A stretch of 11,142 bases of DNA, taken from Candidatus Thermofontivivens primus (GTDB lineage Bacteria > Sysuimicrobiota > Sysuimicrobiia > Sysuimicrobiales > Thermofontiviventaceae). A program made the position numbers and the translations under genes. Position 1 is the first letter of the stretch. Each line of letters opens with the position of its first letter. Below, piece after piece: positions 1-7,292 of this stretch. Location: positions 1 through 11,142 of the forward strand of contig JAVKJW010000047.1 of the NCBI GenBank assembly GCA_031458695.1, written 5' to 3'. The notes beneath the pieces are model-generated. The model was given only the letters and a program-made list of their open reading frames with translations, was not told the origin of the DNA and did not search any database.

Positions 1-515
1 TGACGAGGCCAAGGGAGGGATCGCCCACACGGTCCACAATCTCCGCAGCGAGCTCCAGGGTGTTCACAGAACAGCTCGCGAACCCAAGAAATTCGAACCC
101 TACCTTGACGCCGTACCCCTTCACCACCTCCGCTATCTGTTGCAACGCCTCCATGGACTGTGTGGACGACCTCCTCGCGGGCCATCGGAGCTTCCAGGGG
201 ACTTGGCACAGCCACAACGTACGGACAATCGAGGCCTTCCGCCCATTCGCAGAACCTCTTCAGGCGAGCAAGGACCGTCTTCTGCGTCTCAGGCGTGCCC
301 AGGGTGGATCGTTCCAAGGCGTTCAAACTCAAAGGGCGTACGCCCGCGTCCTCAAACGCTCTGGCCAGCGCCTCGATAGTCCCCCCACGTTGAAGGTAGG
401 ATTCAAGCTTGACATCTCGGATCTCAAGGTACTGGTACCCTGCTGCTGCAGCTACGCGGATATCCGTGAGGAGGTCTGCACGACCCGTGGTCGCCCCGTT
501 GAGGCCAAATCTCAT
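1..515 (-). pseudogene. iolI: IolI-like 2-keto-myo-inositol (inosose) isomerase / sugar-phosphate isomerase-epimerase, TIM barrel; 3' end outside the window; +1 frameshift at ~164
   Basis: Not in the ORF track; translated by hand from ATG 515, which overlaps the upstream stop (ATGA). Reads MRFGLNGATTGRADLLTDIRVAAAAGYQYLEIRDVKLESYL...PLSLNALE...CPYVVAVP...EEVV. After one extra base at 164-165 it continues in another frame: TQSMEALQQIAEVVKGYGVKVGFEFLGFASCSVNTLELAAEIVDRVGDPSLGLV. These blocks resemble B. subtilis IolI as I recall it (NEATT, YIEIR, LNAL, YVVAVP, EFVG..CTVNT). The frameshift may be a sequencing error. Confidence 0.75.
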
Positions 516-1255
516 GGTATCAGCCCCTTCACTCTGAGGAGGCTCCCTAAAGGGTCTGGCGTCCAGAATTCCAGGCCCACATCGCCGTCGTACCCTCGCC
601 CCTCGATCTGGCCCAGGAGGACGGGATAGTTCATCGTTCCCGTCCCTGGCTCCCCTCTGCCGGGCACATCGGCAATGTGAACATGTGCAGTAAAGGGAAC
701 CGCTTCGTCGAGGTAAGGCGCCACCTCCCCGTGCAGCATCTGGACATGGTAGCAGTCCAGGAGCAAACGGACGTTGGGTTCCCCTACTTCTCGGATGATG
801 GTTATGGCCTCGGGGAGGGAGTCAAGGAAGTAGCCGGGGTGGTCAATCGTGTTCAGAGGCTCTATGAGCAGCGTGATACTTCGATCCAGGGAAGCAATCC
901 TGCAGAGAAGTTCCATCATATTTGTCCTTTGCTCTTCCACCTCCAGATGGGGAAGGCGATACCCAGCGTGGATCACCAGCTTTCGGCAGCCCAGCTTATG
1001 GGCGACTTCAAACGACTGCAGGATGCGGGAACACGCCTTCTCTCCCCCCTGCGGATCCACAAGAGGCTCGTCAAACGTATTTCCGCTCATAGCCACCAGC
1101 TCAAGACTAGAGCCCTCTAACGCCATAAGGTCCTTCCCTCGCCAGTCCCAGATCTCCACGGCGGAGTACCCCGCCATCTTGACAACGGAGATCTGTTCAT
1201 AGATCCCCCCTTCCTCCTCAGCCCACAAGGCATCAAGGCACGGGACGAGCCTCAT
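512..1255 (-). CDS. Hydroxypyruvate isomerase (Hyi)-like / xylose-isomerase-like TIM-barrel isomerase-epimerase
   Basis: 247 aa ORF with motifs AGYSAVEIW, LLIEPLN, LLLDCYH, HVHIADVPGRGEPGTG and VGLEF. ATGA overlaps with both neighbouring genes. Confidence 0.85.
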   Translation of the reverse strand: MRLVPCLDALWAEEEGGIYEQISVVKMAGYSAVEIWDWRGKDLMALEGSSLELVAMSGNTFDEPLVDPQGGEKACSRILQSFEVAHKLGCRKLVIHAGYRLPHLEVEEQRTNMMELLCRIASLDRSITLLIEPLNTIDHPGYFLDSLPEAITIIREVGEPNVRLLLDCYHVQMLHGEVAPYLDEAVPFTAHVHIADVPGRGEPGTGTMNYPVLLGQIEGRGYDGDVGLEFWTPDPLGSLLRVKGLIP

Positions 1256-2007
1256 GCCTGCGTTCCCCCATAGGCGATCATGTTGACAATGTCCTCGAGG
1301 GAGGCTTCCTCTTTGCGTAGGTCGCCCACCTTCTTCCCGTGCTCCAGGACCACGATGCGATCTGCAACAGGGTAGACATGGTAGAGGTTATGAGTGATGA
1401 AGATGACGGAAAGACCGCGCCGCTTGGCTTCCTGGATATACCCCAGCACCTTTTGGGTCTCCACGATCGAAAGGGCGGAGGTCGGTTCATCTAGGATGAG
1501 GAGTTTAGCCCCGAAGTGTAGCGTCCGACCTATGGCGATCGCCTGCCGTTCTCCTCCGGAAAGGACCCGCACCTCCTCGTCGGCGGATCTCAGCGAGGTG
1601 ATCCCCAACCCCCGCAGCACCTCCTCCGTGGTGGCTTCCATCGCCCGGGAATCAAGGAGGGGAAGAATTCCAAGGCGCCTCACGATCTCGGAGCCAAGGA
1701 AGAAGTTGCGGGCTATGGACATCTGCTCAATGAGGGCGAGATCCTGGTACACGGTCTCGATGCCAAGGGCACGGGCATCCTTGGGCGAAGAGAAGTGCAC
1801 CCTATGCCCCTGGAAGTAGATTTCCCCTTCATCTGGAGGATAGACTCCCGTGAGAATTTTGATCAAGGTGGACTTCCCTGCCCCGTTGTCCCCCACCAAT
1901 CCCACGATCTCCTGTGGATTAATGTGAAAGTCTACCCGGTGAAGTGCCCTCACCTTACCAAAGGTCTTGGAGATTCCCCTTGCCTCCAAAAGTGCTATCG
2001 GCGCCAT
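1252..2007 (-). CDS. Sugar ABC transporter ATP-binding protein (single-domain, CUT2 type)
   Basis: Walker A GDNGAGKST, Q-loop VYQDL, signature LSGGERQ, Walker B LLILDEPT, H-loop ITH. Start placed at ATG 2007 (MAPIALLEARGISK) after GGGGAG, overlapping the permease end. Confidence 0.95.
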   Translation of the reverse strand: MAPIALLEARGISKTFGKVRALHRVDFHINPQEIVGLVGDNGAGKSTLIKILTGVYPPDEGEIYFQGHRVHFSSPKDARALGIETVYQDLALIEQMSIARNFFLGSEIVRRLGILPLLDSRAMEATTEEVLRGLGITSLRSADEEVRVLSGGERQAIAIGRTLHFGAKLLILDEPTSALSIVETQKVLGYIQEAKRRGLSVIFITHNLYHVYPVADRIVVLEHGKKVGDLRKEEASLEDIVNMIAYGGTQA

Positions 2008-3008
2008 GTCATCATCTCCCCAAGGCGAACGTTGAGGATCACTGCCACAACGATCACCGCCCCCAGAAAGGCGGTATACCAATAGGAAGGAGCACCGACC
2101 ATGATGAGCCCTACCCGGATGCTCGCCATGGTGATGGCTCCGAGAACCGTGCCCAGGATCGTACCCGCTCCCCCCATCAAGGAGGTACCTCCGATGACAG
2201 CGGCGGCGATCGCCTCAAGGGGGAGACCATCCCCCCATACCGGGGACATGGATCCCATTCGCCCGAACTGGGTAAACCCCGCAAAACCAGCGAGCATCCC
2301 GGCAAGGGCAAAGTTGGTTAGTTTCACCCTTCCTACCGGAACGCCCAGGGCCCGCGCAGCTTCCGGTTTTCCTCCTGTGGCGAAGGTCCAGTTCCCATAA
2401 GGGGTTCTCACGAGCAGAAGCCAGAAGATCAGGGTGATGATCAGCCACCACAACGCGGAGATGCGAACTGTCTGGTAGATGGCCATGCCACCCAGCAGGT
2501 CCAGCATCCGCGAGGAACCCAAAACGTAGATGGGCCAGCCGCCGGTGATAGCCAGGGCGATCCCTCGCCAGAACATCATCGTACCCAGCGTGGTAATGAA
2601 CGAAGGGATGCGCGTTCCCAGCGTGATCACACCGTTAAGAAAGCCCACGGAGGTGGCAGCAGCAAGGACGAGGGGTATGGAGAGGAAGGGGCTCCACCCC
2701 AGGCGGGTAGTGAGCAGAGCCAGCATCACCCCTGCTACGGCGAAGTTGCTGCCAACGGAGAGATCGAACTCCCCGGCGATCATTAGGAACGTCACCCCCA
2801 CGGCGGCAATGCCCAGCTCGGCCGCCTGGGTAAGGATGTCCCCGAATGTATCCACGGTGAGGAAGTTCCGGTTCAAGACAGAGAAGACCCCTATGACCGC
2901 GACCAGGGCGATGAGGACCCCTACCTCGCGTGCCCCCAGGGCCCGGCGCCATAGATCGCGTTTCCTCGCCGGAGGGGCCACTTGCTTAATCTCAGCGCTT
3001 TTGGTCAT
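1995..3008 (-). CDS. Sugar ABC transporter permease (RbsC/BPD_transp_2 family)
   Basis: 337 aa, many hydrophobic segments. Motifs GEFDLSVGS, IPSFITTLG, GGKPEAARALGV and LEAIAAAVIGGTSLMGGAG. Confidence 0.95.
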   Translation of the reverse strand: MTKSAEIKQVAPPARKRDLWRRALGAREVGVLIALVAVIGVFSVLNRNFLTVDTFGDILTQAAELGIAAVGVTFLMIAGEFDLSVGSNFAVAGVMLALLTTRLGWSPFLSIPLVLAAATSVGFLNGVITLGTRIPSFITTLGTMMFWRGIALAITGGWPIYVLGSSRMLDLLGGMAIYQTVRISALWWLIITLIFWLLLVRTPYGNWTFATGGKPEAARALGVPVGRVKLTNFALAGMLAGFAGFTQFGRMGSMSPVWGDGLPLEAIAAAVIGGTSLMGGAGTILGTVLGAITMASIRVGLIMVGAPSYWYTAFLGAVIVVAVILNVRLGEMMTWRR

Positions 3009-3042
3009 AGTTCATCGGCTCGATGCAGAAGAACGCAAACAT

Positions 3043-3064
3043 GGGGGCGGGGGAACCCGCCCCC
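3043..3064. terminator. GC-rich stem-loop between binding-protein and permease genes (terminator-like or mRNA-stabilising)
   Basis: GGGGGCGGG-GGAA-CCCGCCCCC, a 9-bp perfect stem just after the SBP stop. On the minus strand it is followed only by ATGTTT (weak U tract). On the plus strand it is followed by GCTTTTT. Confidence 0.6.
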
Positions 3065-3069
3065 GCTTT

Positions 3070-4047
3070 TTACCGATACCCTTGCTTGACGAGCGCCTCT
3101 ACGGCAGCGGCGGTCTCCTTTGTCACGAGCCCACGCCCCGTGTTGTAGTCGGCCGGCTGCAGCTTGTATTTGGCTTCCAGCCACAACTCGATGACGGAGA
3201 TAAACCCCTGGAGGTACTGCTGTTGGTCAACGGTCGCCAGGACGACGCCTTCCTTGATCGCCTGGATTGTCTGAGGATCAAGGTCGAACGAGGCCATGAA
3301 CACCTTGCCCACCAGTTTGTCCTCTTTGAGCATCTTGATCGCCGGAATCGCGCCCAAGGGCCCGAGGGTGAAAATCGCTTTGGTATCGGGGTGGGCTTTA
3401 AAGTAAGCACGGAGGGCAGCCAGGGCCTTGGTCGGATCCTGGGTGATGTCTAGCTTTTCCACGGTCGCCCCAAGCTCTTGAGTCAGCACTTCGGTGATTC
3501 CCTTTGCGCGGGCTTCCAGGCCGACGTGGCCGGGTTCGTGGATGGCGATGAGAACCCGCGCCCCCTTCGAGAGCTTGGGCATCATGAAGCGGGCGACGTT
3601 CTTCCCTGCCTCGTACTCGTCCATGCCGATGTACGCCTCATAGGGGCAGGACTCGGTAAATTCGGGAGGTTGTTTGACGTTGATGGCCACCATGGGGATC
3701 CCTTTGCCTCTGGCTTCGCGAATCACCGCGCAGATAGCCTTGGGATCGCTGACGGAAATGGCGATGCCTGTAGCCTTGGCGTTGATCGCCGAGCGGGCCA
3801 TATTGACCTGAGCTGGGATGTCCCGCTGCGGAGGTCCCTGGAAGATCGCCCGCACGCCCAGAAGCTTTCCGGCGTCCGTGACACCTTTCTGAACCACCGC
3901 CCAAAACGGATCGCCGGGCCCGGTGTGGGCGATCACGTAAAAGGTCATCTGCTCTGGCGCCGATTGGGCTACCTGAAGGAGGGTTCCCCCTCCGGCCAGC
4001 GCCAGCACAAGGGCGACGATCATCCCTGGGATAAGCCAACGCTTCAT
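3070..4047 (-). CDS. Sugar ABC transporter substrate-binding protein (periplasmic binding protein type 1), probably inositol/inosose/polyol
   Basis: N-terminal signal peptide (MKRWLIPGMIVALVLALAGG...AQS). Motifs GDPFWAVVQKG, YIGMDEYEAG, LEARAKG and ATVDQQQYLQG. AGGAGGT lies 6 nt before ATG 4047; the track's GTG 4053 abuts the RBS. Substrate inferred from context only. Confidence 0.9.
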   Translation of the reverse strand: MKRWLIPGMIVALVLALAGGGTLLQVAQSAPEQMTFYVIAHTGPGDPFWAVVQKGVTDAGKLLGVRAIFQGPPQRDIPAQVNMARSAINAKATGIAISVSDPKAICAVIREARGKGIPMVAINVKQPPEFTESCPYEAYIGMDEYEAGKNVARFMMPKLSKGARVLIAIHEPGHVGLEARAKGITEVLTQELGATVEKLDITQDPTKALAALRAYFKAHPDTKAIFTLGPLGAIPAIKMLKEDKLVGKVFMASFDLDPQTIQAIKEGVVLATVDQQQYLQGFISVIELWLEAKYKLQPADYNTGRGLVTKETAAAVEALVKQGYR

Positions 4048-4123
4048 CTTCACACCTCCTAGGACAGGATGATTTGTGGCCTTTCGCTGGCCGCTCTCAC
4101 CCCCTTCTGAAGCAATCGATGGT

Positions 4124-5196
4124 TCAAGGCCGAACCATGATCTTGCCGTCCTCCCGGCGGGTGGCCTTCTGGACGGCCTCCACCGCGCGATCCAAAGGGA
4201 ACCTGCTGGTGATGATCTGGGTCATGTCAACCTTCCCGGCGGCCATGAGGCGGATCACGTAGGGGAAGTTCCCGTAGCCCGAGTGCCCCTGCGCGCCGTA
4301 AATCTGGGCGGCGTGGGTCTGGAAGTGTTCGAGGTAGATGGGAGTCCGCTCCGAAGCCTTTCCGATCATCACGATCCTGCCGCCGATGGCGAGCGTCGCC
4401 TCCATCTCTGGGGTGGTGCGGGCAGGCGCGCCCGCTGCCTCCACGTGCAGGTCCACGCCCTCCCCCTTCGTACTTTCCAGGATGACCGCACGCGGTGCGG
4501 TCCCTTGCTTCGCCAGCTCCACGGGGTTGTACACCTCGTCAGCGCCCATCCTCCTGGCCAGCTCTTGGCGTATCGGGGAGACCTCAAAGGCAATGATCTT
4601 CCCTGCTCCCGCAGCCCGGGCCAGGGCAATGGCGGCGAAGCCGATAGGCCCTGTCCCGAACACCGCCACATACCCTCCAGGCCGGAAGCCCCCGGCGCGG
4701 GTGAACATGGCGTTCCAGGCCACGCTCGTGGGCTCGCACAGGGCGCCCGGGATGGTGAAGCCGATCTCCTCGAGATTGAGGCACTGGTTGGGATAGCCGT
4801 TCCGGCAGGGGGGGTGCACTCGCCGCACCAGATCATCTCTTCTGAGGTCACCATGTCCCCTGGACGGAGATCGCGGACATCGGAACCGACCTCTATGACC
4901 TCCCCGGAGAACTCGTGGCCAATGATCACGGGGAATTTCGTCAGGCCGGGATAGAGTATATACCCCTCCTCGTCAGTCTCGTAGAAGTGGACGTCGGACC
5001 CACAGATCCCGCAGGCCTTGAGGCGGATAAGGACGTCCTTGGGGCCTAGCCTAGGTTCGGGGACCTCCTCCAGGCTGAGTTTGGGATAGTGCCAGACGCT
5101 GCTCCCGGTGATGGCCTTTCCTGTAGATCGCTTGAACTCGCTGACCTTGTACTCCGCAAGGGGTTCCCGCTGCGCGCTGAGGACCAGCCCCTTCAT
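4124..5196 (-). pseudogene. iolM: IolM-like scyllo-inosose 3-dehydrogenase (Zn-dependent medium-chain dehydrogenase), frameshifted and apparently internally deleted
   Basis: Two track ORFs join into one protein from ATG 5196 (RBS GGAGGGGAGG): KACGICGSDVH, TDEEGYILYPGLTKFP, GHEFSG, EEMIWCGECTP|CRNGYPNQC, EPTSVAWNA, GTGPIG, GAQGHSGYGNFP. These closely match Thermotoga maritima IolM as I recall it. The break is in the G7 run at 4808-4814, where G5 restores CxxCxxCx7C. Confidence 0.8.
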
Positions 5197-5228
5197 GGAT
5201 CCTCCCCTCCTTTGCGGTCTACACAGTT

Positions 5229-5257
5229 GTAAGGGCACGGCGGCGCCGTGCCCTTAC
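5229..5257. promoter_or_regulatory. 13-bp perfect hairpin overlapping the lacI stop codon
   Basis: GTAAGGGCACGGC-GGC-GCCGTGCCCTTAC; no U tract on the coding (minus) strand. Confidence 0.6.
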
Positions 5258-6276
5258 CCTCCTATCCTTCTTACGTGTGCGCCGCACGAGTCCCGCACCA
5301 CCAACTGGGGTTCGAGGACGATCTTCCGCGGCCCATTCCTCTTCCCCCTCATGATTTCCAGAAGTCGGGACATCGCCATGGTTCCCATCTTGTACTTCGG
5401 TTGGGCAACGGTGGTGAGTGTCAGCTCTACGAGGGAAGCGAAGGTGATGTCGTCAAAGCCTACCACAGCGACATCCTCGGGAATGCGCAGACCAGACCGC
5501 TTGATGGCGTCCATGGCCCCGATGGCCATGAGGTCGTTGGCGGCAAAGACCGCCGAAGGCGGCAGGGGAATCTGGAGCAACTGTTGCATGGCCTCAAATC
5601 CCCCCTCCGCCCGGAAGTTTCCCTCCACGCTGAGGGAGGGATCCGGTTCGATTTCAGCCTCACAGAGAGCCTGAAGGTAACCCCGTCGGCGCTCTTGGAC
5701 GACGTGGAGGTTCGGCGGGCCCCCGATAAACCCGATCCTCCGGTGACCAAGCCTGATGAGACGTCGGATAGCCTCGTAGGCTCCTTGGAAGTTGTCCACC
5801 AGGACCGAACCGATCTCCAATCCTTCCACATCCCGTGCGATCAGCACTACAGGGATGCTGTGTCCGCGTAGCCATCGCAAGTGTCTTGTATTTCTCCCCA
5901 CCGTGGCGAAGATCAAGCCATCCACCCACCGCCTGCGAAGAAGGTCGAGATATTCCCGCTCCTTGGTAAGGTTCTCGTAGGTGTTGCAGAGGACCACAGC
6001 ATAGCCGTGCTGGTTGGCGATGTCTTCGATGCCGCGGGCGATGGCGGGATAGAAGGGGTTGCTGATGTCGGGGACGATGAGGGCGATGGTTCGCGATGTT
6101 CGCTTCTTAAGGCCCCGGGCAACATCGTTAGGCTGGTAACCCAGCTCTTGGATTGCCGCGAGGACTCGCCGCCGCGTGGCCTCGTTGACTTTATGGGTGC
6201 TGTGGTTGATCACCCTGGAGACCGTGGCCACGGAGACGCCCGCCTTCTTTGCAACGTCCCAAATGGTGACAGCCAT
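5254..6276 (-). CDS. LacI-family transcriptional repressor
   Basis: HTH TIWDVAKKAGVSVATVSRVIN, hinge LGYQPNDVARGL, then PDISNPFY, NDLMAIGA, IPEDVAVVGFDD and LTTVAQP. Start at ATG 6276 after AGGTGG. Confidence 0.96.
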   Translation of the reverse strand: MAVTIWDVAKKAGVSVATVSRVINHSTHKVNEATRRRVLAAIQELGYQPNDVARGLKKRTSRTIALIVPDISNPFYPAIARGIEDIANQHGYAVVLCNTYENLTKEREYLDLLRRRWVDGLIFATVGRNTRHLRWLRGHSIPVVLIARDVEGLEIGSVLVDNFQGAYEAIRRLIRLGHRRIGFIGGPPNLHVVQERRRGYLQALCEAEIEPDPSLSVEGNFRAEGGFEAMQQLLQIPLPPSAVFAANDLMAIGAMDAIKRSGLRIPEDVAVVGFDDITFASLVELTLTTVAQPKYKMGTMAMSRLLEIMRGKRNGPRKIVLEPQLVVRDSCGAHVRRIGG

Positions 6277-6289
6277 GGTCCCACCTGTT

Positions 6290-6305
6290 TGGTAAACGTT
6301 TACCA
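6290..6305. promoter_or_regulatory. LacI-family operator (perfect palindrome)
   Basis: TGGTAAACGTTTACCA, a 16-bp perfect palindrome with the central AAACGTTT typical of LacI/GalR sites, 13 bp before the lacI ATG. A further half-site TTTACCA lies at 6324-6330. Confidence 0.85.
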
Positions 6306-6366
6306 TACCATTCGACATCCCCTTTTACCATTCCTCCTCCATCCTGTCGGCGGTCGAGGAGAGGAG

Positions 6367-7250
6367 GTGATCAACGTCGAAATTGCCCTCTCGATGGCCC
6401 TTCGTCTATGGCTCAGCAAGTCGGCTTCGCCAGAAGCCAGGAAGACTGCCGGCCGGTGGCTAGCGGCGATCACCGCGGCCGGGCTGGCGCTCACCTTCTT
6501 GATCCTAGCCCTCTCCGGGAACCTGGGTGGGCGATGGTTTATCGCTACAGTTGCGTGGGTGGTCCTCCTCTATCTCCCCCTGCGGATCTTCCTTGAAGCC
6601 TCGGCAGGCTGGGGAGGCCAAATGAAGCGCACCCTAGCCCAGGAGATCCGGAAGAGAGCGGATCGCTATCGATCTCCCCGCTCCATTGCGCTCATGGTGG
6701 AGTGGCTGTTTGACTGGGACGTCCTCATGCCCAGGATTGCGAAGCCAGACCATGCCACAAAAGCCAGGGAGGCAGCGCTGGCCATCATCCATCGCGCGAT
6801 GCAGACAGGGAACCCCCGGAGATCCTCCACCGTGGGGCAACCCAGTGCGTCGGGGTGGTAAGCCGCTGGACCGCCCACCTCGCCTTAGAGGTGGAGGTAG
6901 CACCCGGGGCAGCCCAGGACGTTCAGCCGGACTGGGCTGGGATCCGCGCCCTGGCCGCCCTTGCCGCCCTGACCAGGGTATTGACCGGAGCCTGCGAGGA
7001 CATGACCGGTGGCAGGTTCACGGTCGCCGACATGGACGGCGAACGAGTCCACGCCTTCCTGAATGACTGCATGGATTACTGCGATCAGATCGTCTTCAAC
7101 CTGGAAGGTCCCCCCTGGATACCCTCGAGCGCAGTCAAGGATCTTCTGAAGGAAGAGACCGCGCTCGCCCTCACTGCGAGCTGGCAGGAGTACTGCCAAG
7201 CTCCTTCAAACCTTCCCCTTCAGCAGTTCGTGCAGGCCCTTATGGGCTAA
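6367..7250 (+). CDS. Hypothetical membrane protein (two N-terminal TM helices plus a soluble domain), split by a frameshift at ~6813-6817
   Basis: GTG 6367 follows GAGGAG. Hydrophobic segments WLAAITAAGLALTFLILAL and WFIATVAWVVLLYLPL. Adding one C to the C5 run at 6813-6817 fuses track ORFs 5881..6861 and 6855..7250 into about 294 aa (..QTGNPPEILHRGATQCVGVVSRWTAHL..). No family recognised. Confidence 0.6.
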
Positions 7251-7292
7251 GGGAGGGGGTACGCTGTATGGCAATTTTGCTCCGGGAACTAC

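Noticed and set aside
6277..6318. Track's longer N-terminus for LacI (start 6318); likewise 2082 for the ATPase and 5238 for iolM
   Set aside because: The extensions run through the operator, the permease and a hairpin respectively. The downstream ATGs have an RBS and match where each family normally starts.
60..6366. Many plus-strand ORFs (60..629, 2530..3453, 3478..4062, 4076..4954, 5248..5871, 5' part of 5881..6861)
   Set aside because: All lie antisense to well-supported minus-strand genes and have no recognisable domains.
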